64,000 bases of DNA from NCBI GenBank assembly GCA_009914755.4, contig CP068257.2:8032001-8096000 (forward strand), written 5' to 3'. Below the pieces are notes generated by a model that did no database searches, was not told the origin of the DNA, and was given only the letters and a program-made list of their open reading frames with translations. This document shows positions 46,011-61,876 of this stretch, one piece after another. The DNA is from the human T2T-CHM13v2.0 reference genome, Homo sapiens. Numbering within the stretch: the stretch's first letter is position 1; each line of letters begins with the position of its first letter. The position numbers and the translations under genes were made by a program.

Positions 46011-47609
46011 AGAATGAATGGTAAAGTTTTTAACAACATAATTTAACCTTCTAGAATATGAATGTTGGTCTATTTGATGATGTCCCACAGATTCCTTAGT
46101 CTCTGCTCATTTTTTATCTGTTTCTCAGAGTCGATATTTTCCATTTTCTTATCTTCAAGCTCATGACTTCTTCTGTGTGTGCAAATATACTCTTAAATCC
46201 CCCTGGTGATTTTTTAATTTTCATCATTGTAGTTTTCCACTCCAGAATTTCTGTTATCTCTTTGTTGATAGTCCTACTTTTTAATATTTTTTTCTGATTC
46301 CTTTATTTCTTTGTTTCTGTTTTCCTTTTGACATTTGAGTATCATTAAGATAGTTGTTTTAAAGTCTTTGTCTAGTAAGTTTGATATCTGGGTTTCCTTA
46401 GAGATATTTTCTGTCAATTTATTTTGTTCCTTTGAATGAGCCATACTTTCCCATTCTTCGTATGCCTTGTAACTTTTTGAAAACTGGACATTATAAGAAT
46501 TATAATTACTATGTGGTTACTCTGTATATCAGACCCCCCCCTACAAACACACTAATGTTTTGTTGTTTTAAGTTTTATTTACTTATTATTGTTAAGGTTT
46601 TAATTTTTAGTGAAATTTTCCAAAGTGATTTACAAAACTGTTTGCTTTATAAGGTGTGGTCACCGAAGTCTTTTTGTTTCCTTAACAAATGTTAAGCTAA
46701 TGTTTTGACAGTGATTTTCTTGTATGTCAGGAGCTAAGCAAACAGGCAAATACAACAAAAAAAGAAAAACAAGGAATCATTATCCAATAAAATATGTCTC
46801 TGGGCCATGCAGACTGGCTTTGTGCTGGGTTCTTTAATGCCGGCACAAAGTGTGTGTTCACTCTTGCACTGAGTGAAGTTCAAGTTCACTCTTGCTCAGA
46901 GCTTGAACTGAGGGGAGGGATCTGCCAAGGTAAAAGTGTAGGGTCTTCTTATGACATTTGTCAGCATGTGGCTTAACCTATGCATACATGTGACTTTCTA
47001 GACACTCCCATGTCCGTGAATGATTTTGAATGTCTTAGTTTTCCAAATACTCTTCTCCAACTTTTCTTCCTGTGCTGAAGGTGATCTACTATATGTGTAA
47101 ACTCTAATTTTTGCCCTAAGCATCTGTGGTTTGTTAGGTCTCCTTGCATAGTTTCTTAATAATGTCCATTCGTTATCTGTTCTGTATTCTAGCAACACAG
47201 AAGAAAAAAAAGCCTTTCATTAGTCCTTTAGGTATCCCCCAGACCAGTCAGAACAGACACATAACAATTTGCGGGTAAGATCTTCTCTTGTTCCTCTGGA
47301 CCATGGACCAGGGTTCCTCACTGGGAACGTGGGCTTCTGACACTTCAAAACTGCCAATTTGCTGGGGCAAAGGCAAGTTAAAAATGTCATAAAGTTTTCA
47401 AGTTGTCTTTTTCTTGAGTCTGCTTTCACTTGGTTGTTGTAATCTTTTGACCATTTTCCAGAGTTTTGGCAAAGTTTATCGACAGTTTCTCTTAGTTGTG
47501 TGATGTTTCTGTGGGGAAATGAAAGATTGCAGCTGTCTCCACTGCTGTTTTGCTGATGCTCCTCTTTTGTCAATTTTTGCTTCATGTTATTATGCTTTGC
47601 TATTAGTTC

Positions 47610-48040
47610 ATGTATTAGTTTTCTAGGTTTGCCATAACCAACTAACACAAACTGGGTGCCTTGAACAACATACATTTATAGTCTTATAGTCCTGGAAGCT
47701 AAAAGTCTGAGATTGAGGTGTCAGCAGGGATGGTTCCTTCAAGGGCTATGAGAGAAAGTCTGTTCTATGCCTTGTTTCTAGCTTCTGGTGGTTTAGTGGC
47801 AGTCTTTAGCATTCCTTGGCTAATCTCTGCCCTCATAATCACATGGTACTCTCCCTGTGTGTATGTCTCCCTCTACTCAAATTTTTTCTTTTTATAAGGA
47901 CATCAGTCATATGGAATTCAGGCTCATCTGATTTTATCTTAACTTGATCACCTGCAAAGAACCTATTTCCTAATGAGGTCATATTCAGTGGTTAGGATTT
48001 CAGCATCTATATAGAGGAAACAATTTAGCTCCTATCTGTG
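47610..48040 (+). mobile_element. Ancient interspersed repeat of unassigned family, the widely distributed element type containing ...ttataaggacaccagtcatattggattagggcccaccctaatgacctcat...
   Basis: tgtattagttttctaggtttgccataaccaactaacacaaactgggtgccttgaacaacatacatttatag...ttataaggacatcagtcatatggaattcaggctcatctgattttatcttaacttgatcacctgcaaagaacctatttcctaatgaggtcatattcagtggttaggatttcagcatctat. I recognise the family but cannot name it. Confidence 0.45.
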
Positions 48041-48708
48041 TATACATGATTGTAATAGCTATGTCTTCCAAAAGCGTTGACCCCCTTATTACTACAATAT
48101 AAATTTTTAAAATCCTATTCACCTTTTTAATAGTCTATATCGTGTGTTATGAGTATAATGAGTTCAGTGTTCTTATGATTGCTCTTTGCATGATATTTTT
48201 TATCATCTTTTTACTTTCAATCCATTAGTATCCTTGCATCTCCGGGTATATTGGGATCACTTGTTTTAATCCAGTCCGACAATCTCTGCCTCTTTATTGG
48301 ACTTTAATCTGCTCACATTTAATATTATAATTGGTATAATTCTATTTATGTCTGCCATTTTACAGTTTGTTTTCTATATTTCCCAAATATTTTTCTTTAT
48401 TTCTTTATTTTGCAATGAATGAATATTTTCTAAAACAGGGAACTTTAGATTACTAATGAATTATTTTACTATATATTTTTGAGAATTTTTGTTGTTGTTG
48501 TAAGTTTACCATATAAGTATATGGAAAACTAGTTATTCAAATCGTCTTCCAATTTATACTAATAAACTTTCAGTAATACATAGAAACATCATTATTATAC
48601 AAATCTCTTTTATTTCCTCCATTTTAAAGTATTATCACTTTACACATTACATCTATTAAAGTCACAAAGCCAACAATACATTTTAGTAATTATTACTTTA
48701 CCATCTAG

Positions 48709-49120
<412 letters not shown>

Positions 49121-51993
49121 GTTATACACATATTATTTTATAAACAATTTATGATAAAGAGAAAACATGCATTTATACTGTCTTTTATAATGTTAATATT
49201 ACCTATACCAGTGTTTTTTAAAAAATGTGCATTCAAATGACTGTCTTGTGTAACTTGTTTTTAGCCTTAGGAATTTATTTTAGTTTTTTTTTTTTTTTAT
49301 ATGGTAGGTCTGCCAGCAACAACTTCAGTTAATATTTCTGTTTATTTGGGTAAGTCTTTGTGTTATCTTCATTTTTGAAAAATAATTGCTGGATAAGGAA
49401 TTGGTGGCTGACAGTTTATTTTCCTTTGCATCTTTTGACTAGATTATTCTACAGCCTCTTGCCTTCCATTGTTTCTCTTAAGTCAGCTGTTACTCTTACA
49501 AAACATAGGTGCTCAAAAAATAAACATGTGCATGAATATTTACAGCAGTAATATTTATACAGTCAAAAAGTGGAAACAATCCATGTGCTTGTTGACTCAT
49601 AAATGGACACCCAATTTCCAGCTATAACAAAGAATGAAGTACTTATACATGGTATAATATGGGTGAAATTTGAAAGCATTATGTTAAGTTCACAGAAGGA
49701 CAAACATTACTTGATTTTATTCACATGAAACATCAGGAATCGGCAAATCAATTGGGATATAAATCAGATTAGTGGTCATTAGGGCTCAGGGAAGCAGAAT
49801 AGGGTGTAACAACTTAATGCATAATGGGCTTTTAGAAGGGACATGATGAAATTATCCTGGAACATTGTGAATATTCTGAAAGCAATTGCATTGTATGTTT
49901 TAAAATGGTTAAGTTATTAATTTCATATTATGTGATTTTTGCCTTAGAAAACAAAAAAGAGAAAATAGCCTTACTGTATATACAAAAAACTCAAGATGTG
50001 TTACAAATTTATATGTGAAATCCAAAATACTGTAATATTTAAGGGATAGCTAAGTAGAATAACACTAAAATTTAACATAATGAAATATTTCCTTAAAAAA
50101 GAAAAAAGCACAGTAATTAAAAAGGGAGATATAGTTAATATTTTTTCCCTCCATTAAGCATACCATTAACTGATTAAAAAATCAAGCTGCAATTATGTAA
50201 ACTACATTTTCTGAAACCATAAAGAAAATAAGAAATGAAAAGGGATTTGGGAAAAAAATCCAAAGGTACAGTCAACTACACAAAAAAAGCTTAATCTCAT
50301 TAATCATTATGAAAATGCAAATTGTAGTTGAAATAAGATAAAACTACAATTCAAAGAGAAAGCCTAAAATTTCAACCCCCCCAAAATTCTGGGTTTTGCA
50401 GAGCTGGGATGGAATAGGGCTCCTAACCTTACAACAATGTAATAACAAAACTAAATTCAAAGTCATGACTTTATTTTTATAGCAACCAGGTTGCCAAGAA
50501 CTGAGTCAAAATGTCAGGGAAAGCAAGCACCTGCAAGGAGAAAGGGGACAGATGCACTTACATAGGACAGATGCAAATAGACACCACTATGACAAGTAAA
50601 GCTGGAATAATCAATAAATTCCTAAAGACAAAGTGGGGCTGGTCAGATTGGGAGATGACTGACAGCTGCAGAAGTTGGGAAAGATCCATCATCTTGAAAA
50701 CTTTTTCCCCACAAACCCACTGTGATCTCTCAAGCAATTGGTAAGGAATCCAAGAGAGTCTGTATATGATACAGATCAGGGAGAGCAGAACACTTGGGAG
50801 GTGACCAGGTCTTGGGGGCCGAGCCCTTTTGAATAGGATTAGTGCCTTTATAAAATAAGCTCAATGGAGTTCTTGTGTGTCTTCCACTACGTGAGGACAT
50901 AGAAAGAAGGCACCATCTATGAACCATGAAATGGGCTCTCATCAAAACTGAATTTGTGAGCATTTTGACCTGAGATCTTACAGCCTCAAGAAGTGTGAAA
51001 AAAGAAATATCTGTTGTTTTTTAGTCACCCAGTTCATGTTATTTTGTTATAAGAATCCAAATAGACCAAGATATTCCACTTAATATGTAGGGGAAGGTAA
51101 CAAAAACTGACACACCTAGAATACTCATGATGCTGGGAGTATGAAAACAGGAAAAACAAAACAAAACTGCTCTTGAAGGTGAAGGAGGAATATACTGAGC
51201 TCACCAACACAGCCAGGAAAAGAACAGAAGTGTGAGAAGGCTACATTCCTGAGACCCTGAGAAAAAGTACCTGCATAAGACTGAGATGAAATTACCTACC
51301 CTAGTTATAATTGAAATCCCAAAAAGAAAAGAGGAAAAAATAATGGAGCAAAAGAAATATTTTTCAAAATAACTGCCAAATATATTCTAAAAGAAGTGAC
51401 AGAAAATCAAATTTTAGATATAAGAAACTCAGAGAATGTCAAATAGAACAAAAATAAATAAGAATTACATCTTGGAAAATCTTTAAAAAATCAACTCTAA
51501 ATTTTATATCTTGCTCCAAATATATAGAGATATAAATAGTTTATCATCAAGATATGGAGAAAGCCATATCATGGAAACACTAAAATAAAGCTGCGGAAGG
51601 ACGACATTGATATTAGACACAACAGAGTTCAGAACAAGAAATAGTATCAGAGATGAGAGATAATAGATAATATAATAATCAATTCTCAAGAAGATGTAAA
51701 CATCCTACTAATTAGGGTATGCAGCTAACAAAAGAACCTCCAAATACATGAGGTAAAACATGAAAGAATTCAAAGGTGAACTAGAAAAATCCAAAATTAT
51801 ATTTGCAGACTTCAAAACTTTTGTCTTAGTAAGGGACAGACTAGGCACAGACTCAGTAATCATATGGAAGATAAGAACAATATCACCAACAAGACACCCA
51901 ATCTTCAATGGCAGATACTCTTTCCTTTCAAGTGAAAAAAAAAAAACAGTATGGCATATACTCTAACAAACCCAGAATTTCTAATATTTGCGG

Positions 51994-52465
51994 TCTTCCT
52001 TCCTTCTTTCCATCTTCCATTTTCTCTTTCCTTCCCTTGCCTTCTTCCTTCCTTTCTTCTTTTCCTCTTCCTTTTCTTTTCTTTTCCTTTTTCTTTTTTT
52101 TCTCCTTCCTTCCTTCTTTGCTTCCTTCTTTCTTTCCTCTGATTCTTCCTTCCCTCCTCCCTCCCTTCCTTTCTCCCTCCCTTCTTTTCTTCCTTCTTTT
52201 CTCTTATTCTTTCTTTCTCACTTCCTTGCTTTCTTTCTTTTTTTCTCCCGTCCTCCCTCCCTCCTTTTCTTCCTTCCTCCCTCCCTTCCTTTCCTCATTT
52301 TTCCTTCCTTCCTTCCTTCCTTTTCCTCTTTATTTTCTTTCTTTGCCTTCCTCCCTTTTACCGTTCTCTCTTCCTCCTTTCCTTCCTCCCTTCCTCCTTC
52401 CTTTCTTTCTTTCTCACTTTCTTTCTCTCTCTGTTTCTTTCTTTCCCTTTCTTTCTTTCTTTTTT

Positions 52466-52509
<44 letters not shown>

Positions 52510-52680
52510 GTGTTCTTTCTTTCTTTTTTCTCCCTTCCTGCCTTTCTCCCTTCCTCCCTCCCTCCCTTCCTTCCTTCTCTCATTTCCTCCTTCTTTTCTT
52601 TCTTCTTTCTTTCTTTCCTTCCTTCCTTCTTTCCTTCCTTCTTTTTACTTTCTTTCTTTTCTTTTCTTTCTTTCTCTTTA
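51994..52680. repeat. Long polypyrimidine/polypurine simple repeat of ~690 bp, (TTCC)n/(CTTT)n/(TCCC)n. It includes a perfect (TTTC)n run at ~52455-52510.
   Basis: The plus strand is almost exclusively C/T across the tract, with purines confined to the other strand (mirror repeat). Confidence 0.95.
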
Positions 52681-53043
52681 CTACAATTCATATTATTAAA
52701 AAAATTAATACAGGGAGGAAGAAAAATAAAGAACATTTTAATCTGCATGTAAATAGATTATGTCTGCTGTAGACAAAAGGATGGCCTCCCAAAATTGTTC
52801 ATGTCCTAATTCCCAGAATCTAACATACAAATAGGTTACATGGCAGTGGAAAATTAGATTTCAAGTGAAATTAAGGTTGCAATAAAATGATGGAGAGATT
52901 ATCTTAAATGGTGGGGATCAATGAAATCACAAGCTTCCTTATAAGTGAAAGAAGAAGGCAGAAGAAAGGCAACCATGGAGGTGGTGGCATGAGAAATTAC
53001 TCAACATCACTGACTTTTAAGATACAAGAATGAGGACCCAGCG

Positions 53044-53421
<378 letters not shown>

Positions 53422-54556
53422 TCAGAAAGACTGCAGCCCTGCCCAAAACTTGATGTTAGCCCTGTGAGTCTCATTTAAGGCTTCTGAACTCCAGAACTGT
53501 AGGCTTAACAGTCACTTTATTGTAAGATATGTATTTCGTGATAATTTGTTACAGCAGCAAGAGGAAGTTTATATAGTAATTGTATCATGAAAATGAGAAC
53601 CATAATTTACAACTGCTTTTAATACTGCACTTGGATGTTTGAAATCACGTACATGGAAATGATCTCTATGTGTATGAGGGAGGATAGCAAATTGATGTCA
53701 AAATAACGCAAATACAATCTTAAACTTATTTCTATGTAGGTTTCTTTTAATCTTTGAAATTAAAATGAAATTAAAGAATTATGATATTTTGATGAAATTA
53801 GACTAAAATGAACAATAAGAAAATAAGAACTTACTTGTATTCTTTATATGGTCAGTAAAGAAGTGATAGTGGAAAAAAACAAGGTCAAATGAAGGTGATG
53901 ATTTAGGAAGTTGGAAAGATAGCCTAAACTACAAAATGGTATATAACTAGTGAACACTTAGACACACTGATTGATGAACTTCAGCTTTTGGATTGGTGAG
54001 AGCATAAAATGAGAGCAGCTGAGGTTTGCAAATCTGCAATCTCCTTGTGGAAAAACAGGCGAAAACACATTTCAGCCTAATAAGATTTACCTACTAATGA
54101 GTCAAGACTTGATCCATTTGTCCTCGTAATTCAAAAGCTAATTCAAATACTGATTTGATATATTGTGTGAACAACCGTTGCTGATTATCATCGCATACCT
54201 GGCATTCTCTTTTATCTGATATCTAAAATATTTGGTAATTCCTGGACTTTCTCTTTTCAAACCCAGTACAGTTTAATTTCAATCTTAGAACAGTTGTCTT
54301 TGAGAAATTCTTCCCTCTACTGCATCTGTGAATGGGCATAGCATGGTTACATACGTACTATCACCACAGAGAACATTTGTTGAATTAAAGCCAAAGTTTA
54401 AAGCAACAGCTTTAACTCACTGGTTTTACTAATATTTTCCTACCCAATAGCCACAAAAATATTGATACCCTCACACCTTTTAACATAAAGCTTGGTGTTG
54501 TCTATTTTTCAGGTGCTGTCATCTATATGATCTCAGTATTTTAAAAATCAGCTTCC

Positions 54557-54849
<293 letters not shown>

Positions 54850-56449
54850 ATATATAATACAAATAAAAATCAGCTCTCATTGATTTCTACATAAATATTC
54901 ACAGGTGATGTCCATGTAGAATTAAATAATAATATATCTGACAATGGGTCCATATGATCTTCAAAATGTAAAATGCCTATCTGTGTAATTGACTGCTCAA
55001 TCTAATTAACGAATATTGATTCAATTCTACTTTCTTGTTCTAGATAAATTATGTAATCTAGCTTTTCGTTTCACTTATTTATTGATAACAACAGGAAGAA
55101 TGACAAGATATCTATTCTGGAAAATTACTCTTGTAGGAGTAAAGATGAAACAAAGATAGAATTGCATGGAAAACTAGAAAAAAGTATGGTCTTCCAATAA
55201 TCTATCACATCATATACAAAAGGCCTCATAAAACTCAGATATTTTATCTAAAAATGTTATTTTCATCTTAGGAATGATCAAAGCATGAGACTACAATTGT
55301 ATTAAAATGTGCTTGTATCACAAGCATAGGTGCTAAAAAGGAGGGGAAAATATCACTACTGATATTTTCAATGTATGTTTTACTTTTCATCAACATGAAC
55401 CTCATCTTGATATGATGCAGATTGAAGGAAATCACCCATAATTCCATCTGAAGAAGGCCTGTGATATTTTATGGGAAAATAAATAAAGAAAATGCTAACA
55501 GAAACCCTATTAAGCATGAAGCTCTATGGAGCAAAGACAAATCCAGTGGTGAAAGATACACACTCGAGTTCTGTTTGTTGTCTTGGAACAATACGGTTTA
55601 GAGGTGACTGGCGGGTGAGGAGAACATATGCGAGTTCACCAAACAGAAAAGTTGAATGAGGCAATGCCTCTTCCTGACCATATCTCTTACTCAGATAACT
55701 ATATAATTTATTGCCCAGTAAAGGGTATATTAAAAAATCATATTAAAAGTCAAGCAGTGAAGTTGTCCAGGGAAATCAAGACTTAACAGTCTCACTCTGA
55801 CAATAATGAACAGGGGGATTCCCTCAAGATAGACTAGGACATGACCCCACACTGGCAGGTAGTAGTACCAGAAAAGAACCCATGGAAAATCTTTACCTTA
55901 TGCTTGAGGTAGGGACCAGGCTAAAGTGAAAGCCAGACATAAAATTCTATCTAAAATAAATCCATAATCGAAGAAAATATGTGGTGTACAGGCATAAAAT
56001 GTCTTTACTGGATCATTGAAATAGTAAGATAAATTCAACTTTTTACATTGTTTTCTTTTCCTCCAGTTAGGGCTTGAGGTTTGTCTCTGGAGAGTGACTG
56101 TCAATTGGAGCCCTGCCTTTCTGGGGTTCTGGTCAGGGCGTTGTGGATGCTTAACATGTGCCTTTCACAGGACACTTCCTTACCCCAGCAGTGGCCAGGT
56201 GTGCATCCCACGACCAGGCCTCCCTCTCACAGAACATCTGTTGAGACTAGGAGATGCCTGGTGACTGTTGCCTGACCTGTGTCCTGTGTATTTCTGACAA
56301 GAGCCACTCTCAGAGACCCTGGCCAGGAGGAGAGTTAGGTTCCAGTGTAGGTCAGCTCAGACACATGGAGGCCACAGGACCAAACATGGGAAATCACAGA
56401 AGTGGTTTTATTACTCACAGATCCAGAGAGAAGAGGGTAGCTGAAAAGA

Positions 56450-56789
56450 GGGTTTAGCTGTGTCCCCAGCCAAATCTCATCTTGAATTCCCACATGTTGT
56501 GGGAGGGAACAGGTTGGAGGAAATTGAATCATGGGGGCAGGTCTTTCCCATGCTGTTCTTCTGATAGTGAATAAGTCTCACAAGATCTGATGGTTTTATA
56601 AAGGGGAGTTTCCCTGCACAAACTCTCTTGTCTTGTCTGCTGCCATGTGAGACGTGCCTTTCACCTTCTGCCATGATTGTGTGGCCTACCCAGACATGTG
56701 GAACTGTGCGTCTATTAAACCTCTTTCTTCTGGAAATTACCCAGTCTTGGGCATGTCTTTACCGGTGGTGTGAAAATGGACTAATACAG
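56450..56789 (+). mobile_element. THE1/MST-family MaLR solo LTR.
   Basis: gctgtgtccccagccaaatctcatcttgaattcccacatgttgtgggagggaacaggttggaggaaattgaatcatgggggcaggtctttcccatgctgttcttctgatagtgaataagtctcacaagatctgatggttttataaagggg...ttaaacctctttcttctggaaattacccagtcttgggcatgtctttaccggtggtgtgaaaatggactaatacag is a near-canonical THE1 LTR. Confidence 0.9.
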
Positions 56790-59700
56790 TAGCACACCTC
56801 ATACGGCTGAACAAAATGGGGAAGACGAGTGGGGAGCAAGAGAGAGAAAAGGGGTCTGTGGGACTCCAGCCTTTATTGGGCCCAGAACATTACCCAAATA
56901 TGTTTTCCTCGGGGCTCTAGTCAGTGGGGTGAGTGCCAGCAGGCATATTTCTTGGCTCCTGCTGCAACTGAGCAGGTCACTCTGGCGTTTGGGAGCTGTC
57001 CATGTGTGCTTTGAGGTCTGTGGAGTGAGTCAGGTAGGTTGTATCCAATGGTTCCATAGCTGGTAGTCACCAGGAGGAGGCAACTGTGTAGGGTCAATAT
57101 CTGGGCCAGCCACACTGAGGAACTGTGAGGAATTGTCAAGGGAATCTCAACCCAGCTACCATATGAGAGAGTTCAACTTACGTTCAATGTGAATGCCATG
57201 GCAATATTAAAAGGTAAGAATTTGCTCCATACGTGCTTGAGGTAAATAGGAGAAACCTAGAATTTATGCAAACAGTAAGAAGTTTGGATGCATTTTCTGT
57301 CACATATTTTAATACTAGCAGCATATTATATATGTCAATCCATCAGGCATTCAGAAGTACATGCTCATGAAAATTTTTTGCACCATCAGACAAAAGACAA
57401 GGGTAGAAAACAATTTTAACCCTATAAACACTAGTAAATTAAAAACAGAAGGACATTTATGTCCTAATATATCTATGTTGTGAAAGGCTACCCTGTGAAA
57501 TACGGGAATTCTTAAGCATATTTTAAAAATCATAGGTGTCAATATTTTTTAGAAATCCATTTAAATTTTCTCTTGCTACTTTACAATGCCTATTTATTTA
57601 TTTAGTGGTTTTGCTGATTTTGATGTATATCCTAAACTTTACATTTTCTTTAAAGTATGTTTTATACTACTTTATGTAAAATGTTTCAGTATCTTCACAT
57701 TCTCTCCCTGTCCTTTTGTTTTGCTCCTATATGGTGGCCTTGAGTCTTTCCTCTGGCTTTTCAAACCTAGTAAGACTAAGACACTAAAATAACTTTGCCC
57801 GTGGTTTGGTAATGCCTTCTAAAGCACGTCCTAAGCTCTCGTGCATACAGGGGTCTCCTTTGAGCTCTATGCTTTTGAGATCTCATATACCTAAATTCCA
57901 GTACTCCAAATCAGTACTGCTCAGTTTTAGTTACTAAGTTTAAAAATGTATTTTAATAGCAAGTTAGTTTAGTGCACTCTTACTTCTTTCTTTGCTGCTG
58001 GTATACGTGTATATTCCCTTAAATGAATCTTGGAATTTATTTAAAAATTTTAAATTATACTAATGAAACTGTATATTGTTGTGGATTCATAGGTGATTTT
58101 GGAAAGAATTTGTCTTTATGATACTAAATCCTTTTTATCCAAGAATCATATGGGCCTTTATTTTTATTCCAGTCTATATTTATATCACTGAGTAAATATA
58201 GAGAAATGTAGATACATACAGCTGTAGTCATAGATAGATACAAATATAGATATAACATGTTAAATCTATATCTATTGCATATAACATGTATACATGTTAT
58301 ATGTGTGTGTATATATATATGTTTGTGTTATTAAAGAGCTCCCTTAAAATTTTTCTTTTATTTCCTACATAATTTTAGGTTGAGCTTGAATTTTCCTTTT
58401 ATAAACAAGCAAATATTTATACTGGTTTTAATACTGAGGTTTAGACATTCTATCTTATTTTAGCATTGAATATTTTCACAATTATTGTATTATCTAATAA
58501 TAATGTAACTGTTAAAAATATTTAAAATTTTACCTTTGAATTATTTTATTTTGAATTTAAATTCCTTTAAGTATGATAGTAAATTTCTATTTTATGCTTT
58601 CTCTATGAATATGCAAATTAATCTATCCATTTCTCTATCTCTATGTAGTAACATATGAAAATCAAGCCTCTCTTCTTCTAATAGACATATACACGTTTGC
58701 ATATAGAATATCAGATTCTTTATAGCATTTAAAATCTTTAAAGACACGAATATTACCTTTTAACAAATATATTTTAGCATGTACTGAGAATCCCCTATTT
58801 ATTGTTTATTTGGAGTAATCAATATGATTATTAATATTATTGGATCACCAAATTTGGAATCACACTTTCATCCTCAAGGTAGATATTTGTTTTTTTTTTT
58901 TTTTTTTGCCAATTTCTTGTCTTACTGTTTCAAATACTGTTGGATATTATTTTTATTTTATTTGGCATTTTAGTATCAATATTTGTAAGTGATGTACTCT
59001 ACATATTTTTTCTTCAATATCTGGTAGGTTTTATAATTACTACTATATTGGATTTGTGGTAGACATTGACAAAAATTATTTCTGTATGTTTTATAGCTGT
59101 ATGAAGGAATCCAATATATTTTACCCCAAAATGTATTTCCGTGATATATATCAAAATGGCTATTCAGAAGGGCTGGAAATGCAAACTTAGCTGCAAAACT
59201 GTCTTGGGGAGATTTGCATCTGTAGAGAATCTACTTTGATGCAGCCAGGCTTTCTCTGAGGTCTGCTAATTTGCCTGGATCTAGGAAAGGTTAACTGAGC
59301 GTCTGAGGTCTCCAAAGGTCTGAAAGAAACATTTTCTCTCTATTCTCTCTGAGGACTGCTCCCAGTGAGGTTTCACCTACGTAATAAGTCCACTGTTGCT
59401 AGTCAGAGTCCTTTTCTCACATAATCTTTTTTTTTTCCTGTGATCCAAGACCCCATTCTTTCTGTAAACTTCGTGTGGTAGACAAGCTTCTGCACCCATC
59501 TTGTGTGTGGGTCTTCATTCTAAGGGCTCCAGTGTACACACATTGCCGAAACCTGTATGCCTTTTCTACTATTTATCTGCCTCCTATTAGTGATTTTCAG
59601 GGAAACTTCAGAAGGCAAAAGGGACATTCTCCTTTAGCCTATACTCAGACAAAATCCCCCAACATTTAACTGATTCCTAATAGCTTAAAATCACTTTGAA

Positions 59701-61592
59701 AAATCCATATATTTATAACCTTTTCTTCCCTCTATGATTTCTGGTCAGCTTGGGTTTTGTTTTTTATACCATTTACTTCATCCTCGAAAAGATCTATTTT
59801 ATGTCTATTTATTCTCATTTATTGACATTGAGAAAAGAAAATAACTTTCATGTGAGAAAAGCAAGTCCTTTGAAATAATCAGGCCCAGAGAGTTATTCAA
59901 ATGAGACAGCAGTTCTGTCCTGCTCCTCTTTGAGCTGTGTGTTCATCTAGGCTGCTTGCTGTTGCCACAGTAGCTATAAATTAATCAATAATGCCACACC
60001 AGACACTACAATCCACACCCAATAATAGTGTAACAGTGTATAGCCAGTCACTAATAAATGTGATTTCCATAAGCCAATGATAATTTGTGACAAACCTCTT
60101 TGCATCATCCCACTTCTTATCCCTTTTTTGCCTTTAAGAAACTGCTTGTTGCAAAGCTCCAAATGGAGTTCATATCCAAGGATACTTGGGTCTGTTTCTT
60201 CCAGGCAGCTGTCCTCATTTTGGCTCAAGTAAACTCTTTGAATTACGTTTCGTGCTTCAGCCCCTTCCACTTAGATTAACAACATGGATTTGTGTCACCA
60301 TGTACAGCAATTAAAATGTTTACGCTTTTCCCCTCGAGGGCACTGATGTGTTTTCCTGAGCACTTGGAATAGCTACATAGTGTTTACTTTCTATATTACG
60401 GTTTCTCAACCTTGGTGTACTTACCTTTAGGACCAGAGGATTCTTTGCTGTGGGAGGCTGCCCTAGCAATGCTAGGTGTTTCGTTTGACCTCTAAATTTC
60501 ACACCTCCACCAGTCTTGACATCCCCACAATAACCCTAGTCATTGACAAATGTCTCCTGGGGAAAACTCTCCACCGGTTGACAGCTCAAAGTTCTTGAAA
60601 TATTGGAATTGTCAATTGAGTTTTTATGTTATCCAAAACAAATATTTTTCTTTGTTTTTAAACATCTACTTCCATCTGCTTATCTACTTATTTTTACTTT
60701 TATTTGTAACTTAATTCCATCAAGGAGAGAGAGTGCATTTTCTGTTATGGTAAATTTTTGAAGAATGCATTGATTTTTTATGACCTGATATATGGATGAT
60801 ATGTAGATATTACATGTTTGTATTATCAAATTTCAGGGTGATAATAAAATAAATACTTATTTATATTGTCACTTTATATTAGTTATTTTCTTTCTTCACT
60901 ACAGGAGTTTTTCAACCTGTAGGCTATTTTTCAATTCTAGGTTATCCAGTAGATTTTGAAATGTTAAGATTAAATATCTACTTCTCAAGCATTCATCTTT
61001 GCAAATGAATCAATCCCAAGCTCTTATAATGCACATCATATAAAGGGCAGATTAGTCAATATATGGTTCAGAATTAGTTATGTAACATCTATAAGAAAAC
61101 TAGAAATTTAGATCCTTAACTCAGATAACAATAATCCAAATTAAAATTTGATTTCATTACATAATTTAAAATGACACCAGAATACTAGTAAAAATGTAGA
61201 TAAGTTTATATAATCCTTTTTAGCTGTAGGACTTTATTATCATAAATTCAAATACAGGAGCCAAAGTAAGATTGAGACCTATAGTCAAGGGTTAAAGTGT
61301 ACACATTATAGGGGCATGATTAATCTAATTTAAAGCATAACATGGAGAAATATTGCAAAACATACATGTTACTGTATTAATTGTTAATATGTAATCATTA
61401 AGTGAGAACAAAGGTAAAGAGTAGCTACACACACACACACACAAAGTGCAATATTGTCAAATATATGTGATGTTCAGCTACACTAGAAATCACACCTGTG
61501 TTTTCTCCACAGAAGTTTAAAGATTAAAAATCACAATAATATTTATTGTACATATGCAGATAAAGATACTCAAAATATTACCCTAAAATACT

Positions 61593-61876
<284 letters not shown>

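Noticed and set aside
47220-47675. 151-aa minus-strand ORF (MYVVQGTQFVLVGYGKPRKLIHELIAKHNNMKQ...).
   Set aside because: It overlaps the edge of an ancient interspersed repeat and AT-rich unique DNA. It shows no recognisable homology or exon signals, and its size is within chance expectation for 64 kb.
51908-52752. ORFs of 250-260 aa on the plus strand and 176 aa on the minus strand (K/E/R-rich, superficially like a charged coiled-coil).
   Set aside because: They lie entirely within the (TTCC/CTTT)n polypyrimidine tract and are low-complexity artefacts.
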